NCBI GenBank assembly: GCA_028534125.1
Contig: CM052817.1
Location: 35,962,001-36,026,000, forward strand
Direction: 5' to 3'
Origin: Lama glama
Taxonomy: Eukaryota
DNA length: 64,000 nucleotides
Every line of letters begins with the position of its first letter. Within the stretch, counting starts at the first letter, position 1. Shown in pieces: positions 1-14,244 of the stretch. The notes under the pieces are model-generated. The model saw only the letters and a list, made by a program, of their open reading frames with translations. It did not search any database and was not told the origin of the DNA. The position numbers and the translations under genes are program-made.

Positions 1-129
1 CATCCTTATGTTTAGACAATATTATAGCTGTAAACAGATGACAGCAAGTGAATTTTATATACCATTCATCAGGATTTAAGCGCTTGTTCTTAAGTAATTT
101 TATTACCCACAGTAAAATTCTTCATCTTG

Positions 130-1745
130 CCTTTGATGTATTTTCCTTTATTTAAAGAAATATTTTTGTCAAACTAATACATCCATATGGTTTTATTTTA
201 AAAATCAAATAAAATTGAACGATTTACATGGAAAACCCCTACTCACCCTCTGGCAGCCCTTATTTTCTTTCCCAGAGGAGATTAGTTTCACTTGTCTAGC
301 TGTTCTTTTGATACTGGCTTCCATCTGATAATGTAATGTTAAGCTTGATTTCTCATTTGCAAACAGTCTCTCATTGCTTCTGCTTATGAAATATGCAGAA
401 TTAGCTCTTTACATTGCTACTTACTCCAATATTGTCACATCACAGTTTTAGCTGAATTCATAGCTCTTTGCCTTGTTACGACTGTGTGGGGGTGTGACGT
501 GTGTGAGATCTGTTGTCTGGAGTTAATATGTGTCATAGGTTGTCACTCACATAATTTCCTATAAGCCTGTCTGCAGTTTGTTTTGTTTTTCCAAATTGCT
601 CCAACAAATCCACGTGTACCTTTTTTTTTTCAAAATATCAAATAATTTATCAATTCTTTATTTCTGGGGGGATTCCTGTTGGCCCTTTTACTTCTTTTCC
701 CACCTGAGCCGCAGTAGTAGACGTCACTCAAGCCTCCTCCTCCAGTCTTCCTGGACCCGCCGTTTCCTGCCATCTCTTTTCATCTATTGTGTTGGACACT
801 CAGCAGGTCCCTTCAACCTGGAAAATACTGTCTTTTGGTCTTGGAAATGTACCTGTGCTATCTTTCTTTTGTTGTTCCTTGAGATGTTTGATCGTTATCT
901 TTTAATTCTATTTTTTTGTGTGTGAAATTTAATCAACTTTATTTTCCAACCTTGTTTGTGTTTAAAATGGTAGCTTTCCAAGTTTAGTATCCAGTATATT
1001 CATGCTTTTCCTTTTTCAAAGTGTGTTGTTTTGTTTTATAGCATTCCAGTCTTACTCTTATCTTTCTGAGAGACAAATAAGGCTTTTGAGCATGTTTTGT
1101 TTTGTTTTGTTTTCTTCTCCCTATATTCCTGTTCATGGGATTTCTTTTTGTCTCTCTTTACTTAAACACATGAGGATCTTTGGCTGCTGTGATTTAAGAA
1201 TGACATTTTGTATATGGACCAGAGGGCTTGTCTACTGTACTTCACTTTAGGAGAATGAGGTAGTGGGGACAGAGGGGAATCTAGCTGTTTCATTTGGGGA
1301 CCCAAAATGTCAATATTTTTCTCTCCAGCTGTGGAGTCCCTCAAGACAGGAGTGGGAGGGAGGTGGGAAGTATGCTAATGGCCCCGTTATTTCTTAGCAC
1401 ATTTTCGCTGATCTTCACATTTTCAACTGTGTTCCTTACTCTGGCCCTTAGCTAGGTCAGATTGCAAGCATTCACTGATGCTACTCAGAGACGGCCGCTC
1501 CGCATGCTTGCCTGCCTGCCCGCCTGCCTGCACTCTCGCCTGGTGCGCCCTGGAGCAGACCGGCTTTCAGTCTGTTTTCAGTCACTTCCATCCACTTCCA
1601 AATGGCTTTGAAATTCCATCTCCTTCTGTCTTCTCTGCTGTTCTTTTTTTTTTGCCCTGAGGTGCTGATACTTTTTAAACATGATTTTACTGCCATTTTA
1701 CTGGGATCTGGGGAAGAATATGTGATCAGTCTGTCTCTTTAAATG
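130..1745 (-). mobile_element. Very decayed ancient L1M/HAL1-like fragment
   Basis: T-rich + strand with patches resembling old L1 ORF1/5' regions. Family and limits uncertain. Confidence 0.3.
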
Positions 1746-2802
1746 GACATTTTCCTTTGCCTTCTGCCCCACCCCCCGCCCCATACTTGATTTTAAATGG
1801 AATAGAAATTTATGATAGCAGCTGTGCAAACACTATGCAAGTTAAGTGCCTGTGAATTTTACCTTATGAGCATTTGATAATTTAGACAGCAACTGTTTTT
1901 CTTAAGAAACCAGCCTAATAATGGGACCATTTTAATCAGTACAATGCCTACTTGTAAAGAAATCTAATTTAACATACCGACTTGGGGTTGAGCCTTGTGC
2001 TATTTTTCTTCATTATGTGAGGAGTTCACTAGGTAAGTTTGAGTTAAGGCTGTTTTTTAACCACCTGCATTGTTTGACGTTAGCTAAGTAGTCTTGCCTT
2101 GCACATTTTAAAGTACAGTGCAGATGCTGGCTGGTTATAATATTGGTTATTATAAGTCATCACTCCCTGGATAGGTTGAGCTCCATAGGAAGCGAATGAT
2201 ATATTTCCTTACTGAGAAGTTCCTTTACTTTTGCAAGTATTCGACCGTCGCAGATTTCTATGAGAAATAGAATCATTACATTAAACTCCAAGTTTTAGCC
2301 CTTTCTGTTTTCAGTATGTGTCTTTTAGGGTTTCTGTAAGCAAGGCCAAATATATGAATTATTCAGAATTAAAAGAATTAAACAATTAATTATAATTATG
2401 TTAATATATATAATTAAAGGATTGACATCTGCATATCTGCCCAAGCTGTCGGTCACTCAGATGTGTGAAACCTCCCTGGAATACACTGGAAATGTGGTGC
2501 CAGGAAACCAAGGTGTCTACACATAACTTGATACATTTTGATGATATTCCAGTCGATTCTGTGTCCATCCAGATCCACGTGGCAGGAAAAAACCCCATTT
2601 GTGTTTAAAATTCCCCATGATCTCTAACACTGTAGATCCTGATAACTAGGTGATCTTTTGTTTGCTGAGTACCCATAAAAATATTTTCCTCACACTGGCC
2701 TTTGACACTGTGAGACAATATTAAGTAGTGAGTGGGATGACAAATTTGAAAGAGAGGCCATGGCTGAGCAAGTTATTCTGCATTAGAACAGCTAGTCTTG
2801 AG

Positions 2803-2804
<2 letters not shown>

Positions 2805-2842
<38 letters not shown>
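2805..2842. repeat. (GT)19 microsatellite
   Basis: Perfect dinucleotide run read directly. Confidence 0.98.
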
Positions 2843-2848
<6 letters not shown>

Positions 2849-3024
2849 GCTGAAATCCTTCATCTGCTGTTGTCTTTTCAGCTGTGTTCTCTTTATCCCT
2901 TACCTTTCAAAAATTCCTCTCATTTAGTGCGATATTAAGAGGAAAAGTAGATAAACTCATCTTTAACTGAAAGTTCTCTTCTGGCTTTTTCCCATACTTG
3001 ATTTTAAAGCCAACCGAATTTCCT

Positions 3025-3735
3025 TGTAACAGTTTTATTGAGATGTAATTTACACATCATAAAATTGACCCTTTTCAAGTGCACAATTCAGTGGTTTTTA
3101 GTATATTCCCAGAGGGCAACCATACCCACTATCCGGTTTTAGAACATTTTTATCGCTCCAAAAAGAAACTCGAAGCCCATTAGCATACACTCCCCTTTTC
3201 TCCCCCACCTCCGTCTTCACTCCTCCCAGCCCTAGGCAAACACTAACCTACTTCCTGTCTATAGATTTGCCTGTTAGTGACATTTCTTATAAATGGAATC
3301 ACACAGCATGTCACTTCTGTGACTTCTTTTACTTAGCTTAAGTTTCAAGGTTCATCCATGTTGGGACATGTATCAGTACTTCATCCCCCTTTTATGGCTG
3401 GTTAATATTTTATTGTATGACTGGACTACATTGTATTTATCCACTCATCCATTGATGGACATCTGGGTTGTTTTCACTTGTTGGCTGTTATGAATAATGC
3501 TGCTGTGAACATTTATGTACAAGTTCTTCCATGGACATATATGTTAATTTCTCTTGGGTATCTACTTAGGAGTGGAATTGCCGGGTCAAATGGCGACTTG
3601 AACATTTTTAAGGAACAGTTTTTAAAAGTAACTGTACTATTTTATGTTCTCATCAGCAACGAATGGAAATTTTAATTTCTCTGCATTTTTGCCAATACCT
3701 GTTATTGTCTGTGTGTTTTTTATTTTCATTATCCT
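3025..3735 (-). mobile_element. Old L1 (L1MB-like) 3' end
   Basis: Typical antisense L1 3' sequence: ttttattgagatgtaatttacac..., tccattgatggacatctgggttg, aggagtggaattgccgggtca. Confidence 0.85.
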
Positions 3736-5674
3736 CATGGTACAGGCAATAGAGGTTTGTAATAGAAGGAAGATTATAGGCTTGAAGAGGAAAAAGAGAG
3801 ACCCAGCAGCTCAAAGACAAAGAAGATAATATCTGTTGGGGATTTTGGGGAATTAATTGTTGTGAACTGAGTGAAATCCTCAGTAAATTCCCTATTTTTC
3901 ACTAATGCTTTTATGTGAGGAGAGTCTTGTTTAGATTAAGCTGAAAGAGGAAAAGAGAGAACAGCCAACAAATGAGTTATTTTAAAAAAAATTAAAACAA
4001 CTTGTATCAATAGAATCAACTCACATAAGATAAATTTTGAAAATTTGTTTAAAGAATATCCATTTGAAGGGATGCCAAATGATGAGTTTGCTAGCCACCT
4101 GCAGCTCTACCTGAACTCTGAAGCTGTGTTCTGAACACCTGCTTTGCTGAGCCCATGGACATAATCAGCTTTTACACTGAGTCCATAAACAATCTGAAGA
4201 CTGAAGGCGTAAGAAGAGACACCCCAAACAGTCTTTAACTCTGGGCTTGATAGTTTAAGTCATAGGACACCAACTCAGTCCAGTCCCCTCAGAGCTGAAC
4301 AGTAGTGTCAGCTGAACCAGTAGTGGGGGGCAGGGAGAATATTAGTAATATAATTTCCATGGAGACAACATACCTACGTACTTTGCCCACTTAATAGAGC
4401 ACTAGATTTGTGGAGAAAGACAAGTCTTATTAGTTGAGCTATTGCCAATATCGTTGAAAATTAACATCATTGTGAGAGGTTCCCTCTCCTTTATGCTGTG
4501 ATGGTTTTCCCCATTCTCCTGTGTACGGACATTGCCAGATTATAAACAGGTTCTTCACCTGTTCCATGCCTGTGTCTAGTATTATCCTAGCTGTGAGCTC
4601 CCAGTTTTGATATTTAGATGGACTATTTTGCGTGTTTTTTTATATGTTTATCTGTGTCTTTGTCCCTACTGATGAGCACTTAGCACTCAGGGAATGCCCA
4701 CGGAAGAGATTTGCTGACCTAGTATTTAGGTATCATCTGGAGTTAGCTTTTTGCTATAGGACTGAAATGTGTAAAGTATGACCTAAGTCTTTGTTCTCCT
4801 GGTGGCCTTTGCCTTTGCTTTTTCTCTAACGTGCAGGTTCATTCTTGGAGCGGGAGTGTCAGTGTAGATACTGGCTAATTTAGCAGTAAACACATCCCTG
4901 CATCTTGAAGAAGCTAATCAGAATGATAAGATTTGTAGTTTTACCAATAACATTTTAGAATAGACTGTCATTTATTAAATTTTATTAGTCATTTTATCAT
5001 CCTGCCCTTTGAGAAATTTGTGCGAGGCCTTTGAGAACTTTGTCATGGGCAAGGGTTGTGAGAGAGCTGTAAAAATAGAAGCTTTCCTTTTACATGGAAA
5101 ACTGCCAGTTCTATGAATCATAAGATGTAATTATGTACGTGAGCTGCTCGTCACTCTAAAGTGGTTCCCCTCCTGGGGAATGAAATGCAGAGGGTAAATC
5201 CTAGTGTAACCCAGGGTAGCTGGCATTTTATGATTACTTTTTCCATTCTTCTGCTAATGTATATTTAGATAGAATTATAACTCATATTTTGTTTATTACT
5301 ACATATTTGATAAAACCTTTTTGTGCCCAAACATTCTTGTAAGCTTTTATTAAAATGTTGTTCCCCACATACACCCCAGGACCTTATTATAAATGAATGA
5401 AGGTTCCCACCCCCTACTATTCACTGATTTTGCTGTTTTATTTGTTGATTCAGGCAACGTTTCTTAAGTATTTACATGTCTGAGGCAGTGTGCTAGGTGC
5501 TGTGTAATAATGATATTAATAACAGCTAACTTTGTTGGAGAACACTGATCAAATTCACGTGCTCTGAGGTCGGACTGCCCACATTTGAGTTGCAGCTCGG
5601 CTCCTTGGAAGCTGTGTGAACATGGACAAGTTAGTTAATTAGTCTGTTTCAGTCTAGTCATCTCTAACTGGGGA

Positions 5675-5995
5675 TGCATTAGATTCCTATTGCTGCTATG
5701 ACAGATGACCACAAATTTAGTGGCTTAAAACATCACATACGCACATTATTTCATTGCTCTGGGAGAGGTGTGTAGCTCGGCTGGTTTGTCTCCTTCAGGT
5801 CTTACGAGGTCAAAACCCCGGTGTCCATTCGCCTGGGTTTTTGCTGCCTCCAGGCTCATTCAGGTCGTTGGTTTCAGTTCCAAGTGGTTGTGGAGCCGTG
5901 GTCCTTTGTCTCCCCGTTGGCTTATCAGCTTCTGGAGGCTGTGCACGTTCTCAGGCTTGTGACCTCTCTCCATCTTCAGAGTCAGCAGCAGCTCA
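5675..5995 (-). mobile_element. MaLR LTR fragment (MLT1-like), abutting a MIR piece at ~5560-5675
   Basis: tgcattagattcctattgctgctatgacagatgaccacaaatttagtggcttaaaaca is the reverse of an MLT1 LTR end. Confidence 0.8.
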
Positions 5996-7187
5996 CAGTT
6001 CCATCGGATAGATTAGCACATTTTCATAAACCCTTGTGTGAGGCTTAATGAGGAAATAAGAAATGACTTCAATAAATCTGGCGCCATGAAGCTAAATATT
6101 TTGGTTCTTTTAATGACTGACCTTCTCGTGGCCCTGAGAGAGATAGTCGTAGAGATTAGCATTTGGCCAGTTGCTTTATTTTTTTTCTCCTTGAGGCTAA
6201 GATTGTATGTAGTCATACAGTATAACTTTATGGCACTGAAAAGTCAAAGCACTGGGATAAATGTCCAGGTTAGAATTAGGTGCCATCCTGTGATACAGGG
6301 CCAGCCGGGCTGATTACAATCATAATCTCTTTTTAATGAGGGCAAATACTTGTTGCATGGTTCAGTATTTGCTACCTCATCTGGAACAAACGTTTTTATG
6401 GTATAATCTTCTCCAACTGCTGAACAGGTTTACCTGTAGACCATGCATAGTGTGTGCTAGTTGTTGGTTTGCATTTTAGCTTGAAAAATGTTCGAATTTA
6501 GCTAACAGTGAATGAAATCTTTCAAGAAACTTGAATAATTTGAAGTGGCGCTTTTCAGTAATGGAGAAAGTTCATTCTTGTCCTAGGAAAAGATTGATGT
6601 TAAAGAAAATGATGACTATTTCAATTATTAACTATTGTTCATCCTCAGAGTTTGCTTAAGCCTTTTGGACTGATGAATTATACATATTCTAATTTTTATT
6701 CTAGTTTAATTCTAGAAATAACTGGAAGTTTATAACAGTTAAAATATTTCAGTACATCTGGAGAGGTGCATTTCGCTTCTGGTTCTGAGGCCTTTCTGTG
6801 GAATTTTATTCTGAGTATCCTTCCTCTCTGATCACTAAATATCCATTTTCTTATTTAAATGCTCTCTGTAATCCAGTTCCTACATAACACTCTGACCCAG
6901 CTACTTCTGTAAATGGACTAAATTATTCCACAGTACTTTCAGATGTATTTGAGATACAGATGTCTCTTTATTCCTATACTCTTATGTCTATCTTAGTGTC
7001 TTAAAGGTGTCTTAATTGTGTATCAAACTGTTGAAACTATTCCTTGATCATTTTTTATATGCAAGGCATCGAGGGGATTTAAAAGATGTTTAAAACTCAA
7101 CCTCTAACTCTGAAACAGCTTACATTGGCCAGTTTGCGGATTTTGTTTTTAAACTTTAACTGCCTCCAAATATCCAATGCCTTCTCT

Positions 7188-7316
7188 TTTTATTTCCTTT
7201 TTTTTTTTTTGGTGTGGGAGGATGTTAATTAGGTTTACTTATTAATTTTTTGATGGAGGTTCTGGGGATTGAACCCAGGACCTCTTGAATGCCTGGCATG
7301 TGCTCTACCCTCCCCC
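7188..7316 (-). mobile_element. tRNA-derived camelid-type SINE (vic-1-like) lacking the A box
   Basis: Minus strand reads ggggagggtagagcacatgcc...gaggtcctgggttcaatccccagaacctcc...aaacctaattaac...poly(A); homologous to copies at 31877 and 34519. Confidence 0.85.
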
Positions 7317-7329
7317 AAATGCATTTTCA

Positions 7330-8230
7330 ATGAGGCCTTCTTGAGAAGTCTTACTTATAATTGCAGTCACCACCCCTCACCCTGGCTAGTGCTCCCAATT
7401 TCCTCTACCTCTGTTACTGTATTTATTGTTTAATGTCTCACCCACTAAAATACAAGCTCCACTAAGGTAGGGGTTTCTGTTCTGTTTACTGATGTATCCT
7501 TAGTGCTTTGAGCTGTGCCTGGCGTAGAGTAGTCACTCAGTAACTACGTGTGGAATGACTGAATGAATATTCCACGCACAAATTCTTTATATGTAAAACA
7601 AACAAGATACATTCAAATTCTATCCAGAATCTGCCCATGTGCCACCATCTCACTGCTGTCAACTTGGTCTAGGTCAACTGGCCTGTCTCTTCTGGGACTG
7701 TTTCAGTGGTCCCCCAACTATAATCTCCCTGCTTTCAACCTCCCATAGTCTGGATTCAGTGCAGCAGCCAGAGTGGTCCTTTCAAGTCTCCCCACCGCTC
7801 AAAACCCTTAATTGGTTGGAGACTGTGGGAAGCCAAGGCTTGTAAGACTGTAATGATCTGCCCTGTTCCCCCCTCCTCCCTGTCTCCTGATTTCATTTCT
7901 GGCCACTCTCCCCCACCACCACTTGGCCCCAGACTTACTTAGGACCCTAGCACCTGCTGTTTCCACTGCCCAGCATACACTTCCCGCTTTCCTTCAGCTC
8001 TGCTCAGTTGTCCCTCAGCAGAGAGGCCTTCCCGACCTTCACAAGGTCAACACGATAAGTACCTCATTAAGAGGCTTTCCCCGACATCCCTCTTCTCCTG
8101 CTTTGTGTTTCCTCACAGCACTGATGTTACCACTTCACGTATGTCTTAGGAATTTATTATTTTCTGTCTCCTCCCAAAGAGAAAGCTTAATAAAAGCATG
8201 AGGTTAGTTCGGTTCAGTGCTATATCCCTA
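7330..8230 (+). mobile_element. L2 fragments
   Basis: L2 3' motifs: aagctccactaaggtagggg...gtgcctggcgtagagtagtcactcagtaa...gaatgactgaatgaat; cagcagccagagtggtccttt. Confidence 0.7.
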
Positions 8231-9919
8231 GTTTAGTGCCAGCACAAAGAAAGCAGGTGATGAGTATCACACATACTGTGTGGTAAGTACACATTATGAA
8301 TAAATGTGCCTGAGATAGAAGCACCGCTGGCTCTTATTTATGATGTGAGACCTTGAGGGAGACATTGTCATAACCAATACAAATGCAAGAACATGAATGA
8401 AGATGGCGGTGTTTAACGTATTTAGGTATCAGGAAATCTAAAAATATGCAGGCAATAATAAAGTAATTATGAACTTTGTTTCTGGAAAACATCAAAAGGG
8501 CATCTTAGGCACATGGGCACTCACACTCCCCCACTCAGTGCTACACAGGGCGTTCTTCCCCAGGCCCCCTCGAAGGGTTTGGAGCAGTTACTAATCTTAC
8601 ATGCAGGATGGCTGCAGGCAGGCAATAATAGTGATATTTACTAGATATCTCTGGAAATACAGTGCAGATTGCAGATTCTCAGTATGACGGTAGCACGTAA
8701 TTAATCAGGGTGAGAAGACATGTCATGCTAATAAAGGAATGTCTTTACTGCACTGTCAAAATGCTGAAACAAAGATTCAGGGTCTAAGTTATGATTATTT
8801 AAGGTTCAGATGTGATATGCTTCTGTCATAGCCACTGGGGTGGAGAACACTCCTGCCTTCAGGCAGTCAGGGAACCAATGACTGTCTTCCATTGGAGGAA
8901 GCAGAAATGCTTTTGGGTATAAGGAGATATATATATTTTCGCCTCATATTTACTTTTGCTTTTTAAGAACATATTTAGTGATTCTTTCATTCATGCCATT
9001 AAGGATCTCCTGTTATTTTAAGTTAGAGATTCTCTGAATGTGTCTCCCCTCCCATTTTCTGTCAGTTTTATTTCCTGGGAAAATTATTCATTGTATTTCA
9101 AAATATTGAAAGTAAGTGACCAAAGTACTGCTTCTTTTCCAAAGATGTTATAAATTCAGAACTGTTTTGAATATTTGTTTTATTTGATCTGGTGTCATCA
9201 CACATTGCCTGCCAGAGGGTTTGAGGTTTCATTTCAGAGCCAGAAGGCCAGGGGTCTGTTGGCAGGGCTGTTGGAATGATGTTGCTTGTATCTTGAAATG
9301 CTGGGAATTAAACTACAATTTAAAAAGAGAGCACACACCCATGAAAATCCAGTCACCATAAAAAAAGAAAAAGGTGAATAGAGGTCCACTTTCTCTTAGC
9401 TCAGATTTATCTATCTTTATAAAGTTATGAGAAATGGGTAGTCTTCAGTTCATTCTTAATCATGCCAAACTTAATTATTTCCATTTCTCATGTATTCTTG
9501 CTAGGCAAGATCATAGTACAGTGGAAACTTATGCTGCCATAAACAATATGCCACATGTTTTTGTGTATTATCAAAGTGTTTGGATAGGGTTTCTTTCTTT
9601 TTTAAACATAAACTAATATGAAAAGCTTCTAGTATCAAGAAATCTATTTTGCCTTAAAAATTATAGTCTATTGTATCACATTTTCGTGATCAGTAAGAAT
9701 TAATTATTCTAATCTTACATAGAATGTTCTCCAGTAGCATTCTACCAAAGATTGAAATCTGCACATTTTTGGCATTGCTATTTTTGACAGCATCACTTAA
9801 TCTAATGTTCGTAGAGGTGAAATTGGTTCATGTTAAAAGACATTTCATTAAAACCTCAGTGTGACTATAAAACCAAATTAACGAAGGTAAAGCAAAAGAA
9901 GTTATTCTGTTTTTCTAAC

Positions 9920-10145
9920 AAATACCTAATGTAGCACGTAGTATGTGTCAGCCAGTCTGTTTTAAGTACTTTACAGCTCTCACTTCATTTAATCCTCATC
10001 ACAACCCTACGGGACAATGAACATTACCATTCACAAGTAAGGAAAGAGTTTAGTGAGGAGTCCAAGGTCCCATGGGTAGTAGGTGGCTGAACCAGGATTC
10101 TGACCCAGGAAGTGACTCCCGACCCTGCGTTCTTACCTAGTGCCC
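9920..10145 (-). mobile_element. MIR SINE
   Basis: cttcatttaatcctcatcacaaccctac...ccaaggtcccatgggtagtaggtggctgaaccaggattctgacccagg. Confidence 0.75.
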
Positions 10146-11133
10146 TGCAGCCACTCAGTGGCACTTGGTGTGACTTTCTGTGTGTGTTCTGTGTTTTCAT
10201 TTCCTGCAGTGGCGTACTACCCATGTATCCTGTAGCTCTGTTGAATCCTCTTCCTTTGCATCATTTTTTGCCTCACTTGTCCTTTTCTTATACTCTTGAC
10301 TGGCTAGAGTAGCTGGCCCTTTTTTAATTGAAGAATCCAGTGTGTGTGACATATGACTGGATTAAATTTTCATTCTCTTAAAGGATGAGTTGTCATTACT
10401 CCCCTAAAGTATTTGGTATAAAAGGTTTATATTTTCCCCTGATAGAAAGTAGTATACAAATTTACTTAAGATAGCAACTTTACTGTATTTAAATATTGAC
10501 AGAACAAATCTTTGAGAATTGAAGGAAACTTTTTAGACATCTGCCTGTAAATTTTGGCACATTGTTGGATATTTTTGATTTTATACAAGATTACTAGGCT
10601 TTTGTACAAGGCACATATCAAATCTTAACTCTATGACGTGGGAGATTAAAAAAGCGATGTAAAAATTTAGTTTTCCTTCGATCTCCTTTGTGCACAGATT
10701 GCTGATGACTAAGTTTGGTGTCAATCATCATGACCCAGGAAGGTCTCATGTATCAAATTTTATTCAACCAAGAGATTCTTGTTTTTAACAAACTTGAAGA
10801 GAAAAATCAAATGGATGATTCCACTGTGGACAAATACCCAACCATTATCTTAATTTGTGGCAAGAAAACACAAAATTGAAATACAGACCTATTTTATGCA
10901 CCAAATAAAAAGCTTGTGATTTTCAAATGCCTTGAATACATGAGTAATTCTTCAACGTTAAAGAAGTCAAACATAAGAGGATCAATGAAAAGCACAAATG
11001 CCTCTTTTTAAGGCGCATCTCAGTTTGTGGGAATGATTTTCTGAGTTCAATGTTAGAATGTGTTGTACCCGTGTGCCTTTGTTATGGTTGCTGTAAAATG
11101 CCTGAGAACATTTTTTGTTCTTTTTCTTTTCAG

Positions 11134-11311
11134 ATGACAGAAACGATGCTCAGGAGAGTAGCTTAAGAGACTTAATAAAAGAGCTGCCAGACACCCACTA
11201 CTGCCTCCTCAAGTACCTTTGCCAATTCTTGACAAAAGTAGCCAAGCACCATGTGCAGAACCGCATGAATGTTCACAATCTCGCCACTGTATTTGGGCCA
11301 AATTGCTTTCA
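11134..11311 (+). CDS. FAM13A: FAM13A internal coding exon (178 bp), RhoGAP domain; probable ortholog of human exon 4
   Basis: Polypyrimidine tract then CAG acceptor (11131-11133); donor CA|GTAAGT at 11312. Translation (D)DRNDAQESSLRDLIKELPDTHYCLLKYLCQFLTKVAKHHVQNRMNVHNLATVFGPNCF has the RhoGAP NxMxxxNLAxVFGP motif and matches recalled FAM13A. Phases 1 and 2. Confidence 0.96.
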
Positions 11312-14244
11312 GTAAGTTAGTGACGTTTTGCTGTTTCTATAATCACATACCCCTTTTCCTTTACAGCTGCCTGAAATTACTGGGATATAGAAGCTGATAT
11401 ATATTTCAGACTGAAAAATCAACCAGGTTATGTCAGAGAAATTCCATCTTGGTTTTGGGCATTTTAGCCTTTTTTTCATCCTAATTTTGAGGACAGGAGA
11501 TGAGCCTTTTTGTGAAACCATAATTTGTAATGTTTCAAACAACCTTATTTAAAATTCTGGAAATAGGTTTTGCTTTCACTAAAAAGGATATTTAAAAATT
11601 TTATCTTTAACACTGATGAGCAAAAAGGGAAAGGAGTCTGATGTAGTGTGTAATTTTTTAATAGCAATAAAGTTTAGATCATTGCTAATAAATAGAAAAT
11701 GATAAGCAGAATATATCAGTGAGAGAAAAACGTAACCTCAACTACACTGATTTATTTTCTAGGAATAACTAGACTAGAAATAAACTAGTCTCCTATATGG
11801 GGCTGTATCACAGTCACTTTTGTAAAGCTTTATATTTTCTCTGCTATTCCTTAAAGCTATTTAATTGTTGATATGTGAACATGACCTTGCAAACCAGAGA
11901 CTTCGCTTTTAAGTCTCCTGTTAACACCTCTGATATCAAATGTGTTCCTTCTACTTATGAGGAGAGAGAAAGAAAGAACACTCACACATTAAAAGCTCTC
12001 AGAAATTCTCAGCAATTTTTTTTAAATAGTATATCTGCTTATCCACTCTGTTAATCTACAGACTCATTCAGCTGCCTGGAACTAATAATGTTACAGTCCT
12101 CAGAACGACTCTAAATATACACCCTGGCTTAGACTGTAGTGACTGCAGCGTTCCAGGACACACGCGCAGCCCGCAGTAGAGAGAAGTTCTACCCCGAGTA
12201 ACTCTCGCCCTGGTAACCTTAGAGATTTACATTTTAAATAATGTCATTTCATAGGCTATGCTGGGGTCTTGTATCTCAAATACAGGCTCCACTGATACCT
12301 TATTCCCCAGCTCTCTGGTAGTAAAAAGACTGTAATTGTTCTTTTTACACCTGTCTGCCAAGTAAGCCTTGAGTTACCTACATGTAAGAAATAAAGGTAA
12401 GTAGAAGACAATTCAGTAATTTTGAAACCCTAGATTCTAGAAGAGGTGAAAATGAGTTTGCAAATAGAAACTTATGTAATAACGTAAGGATCCATACCTC
12501 ATTGCTGACTTTTGTTGGGTTGGGCTTGGTCTGGAATTTCTGGTAACCTGCTTCAATTAGTCCATTAAGATATCAAATAAGAAATGGGTTTTTATTATAT
12601 GCTCTATTAATTAGTTTAGCTTTTCAAAAAATTTTATTGTGATAAAATAAAATTTACCATTTTTAGTATGCAGTTCAATGGCATTAAGTACATTCACATT
12701 GTTGCGATCTACTAATTGATGTGTATTTCTAAACTTACGGATGTAGAAGTCACTGCTAGGTACTTTTCTCACTGAAATAGAATAGTACTTATAATAGGTG
12801 GTGTTGATTGAGCACTTACTACGTACTCATTTATCTGATTGATTCCAAAGAGGCAGGGGTGGTTTATTTTGAACTTGAAGTTCCCCTATTTAGTCAAGAA
12901 AAAATTAGATAATTCATTCCTGTGACCACAGCTAGGTCAGTGACCACAGTTAGTCCATAAATGTTGTAAAGACCATCAGTAGAAAGCCTGCCATTTAAGG
13001 ACAATTCTCTTACCACAAACCGCTGAAAGACAAAGGAAATACTTTCCTCCACAACTTAGGTGAATACATTGTATGGTCAGTGGATGAGGAAGATTTTTTC
13101 CTAATAAGGGGAAATCCTCATGAAATAATATTAATTTTTTAAAGGCTGTAAGTAAGTTTTATATACAAAATGATATTGGCTATGAAATATCCAATCATAG
13201 AAATAGAAGGAAATATACCAGTAATATATGATTGGTGTTCCAGGTGACTCTTAATTAACGGGTTTTCAACATGTACTTCCAGTTAGGGGTTATTAAATTT
13301 AGATGATTGGGTAATATTATTGTTATAAAATATTCAAACAATACAGAGGTATATAGACTAATTATACCCACCATTAGTTCCCCCCATTCTAACCTCTCCT
13401 CCCTAGAGATAAAAATCAGTAACCAGTAGGTGTGTGTCCTTCTTTTTGAACACAGCCATCAATCTATTTTAAATATAAATGGGATCAAGATGCAAGTGAA
13501 GCTTGATTGTTTTTATGGTTTTGTTTTATTAGAACTTTTAATGTCAAAATATTTATCTTTTTCTTTTAACTATTAAATAGTGTGGATTTGCTCTAACTTA
13601 AGTACCCCTCAATTGATGAACACTGAGGTTGCTGTCAATTTCTTGATATTAACACAAAGGTGCAGTGAACTTCCTGACTCTTGATGTACATCTGTCTTAC
13701 TGCTTTATGGGGGTTCCTTAGGTCTTCTCGAAAATAATGTTTTGTCTGTTATAAAGATTACAAACATTTTCTCCTGTTGTTTACCTTTTAGCTTTATTTA
13801 TGGTGCTTTATTAAATTTTGTTAATTTTAATTTACTTAATGTGTCAATTCTTCCTCTTTCTGTTTATGGAGATTTATGTCTTACTAATATTTCTTAATAA
13901 TGTTGTCTTCCTTAGCAATAATACCATAAAGATATTATTACACATATTTTTTCTTTTGTCGTATTTATAGCTTTTTTATGATTAGCTTTTTACTTTATCT
14001 AGAGTTTGTTTTGTATATGTCACATATGGATGCAGTTTGGTTTTTCTTCAAGCAGATAGCTAATTGTTACCAAATCATTCATTGCATATTACATCTTCCT
14101 TCTAGTTTACCATGCCAACTCTTACCACATACTAACTCCCACATGTACATGAATTTGTTTCTGGTGTTTGTATGCCTCCTTCCTGTTCTCTTCGGTTTTT
14201 CTGTTACATTTTCTCTTTCAGAGGAATTTTGGAGTCTCTGTGGT

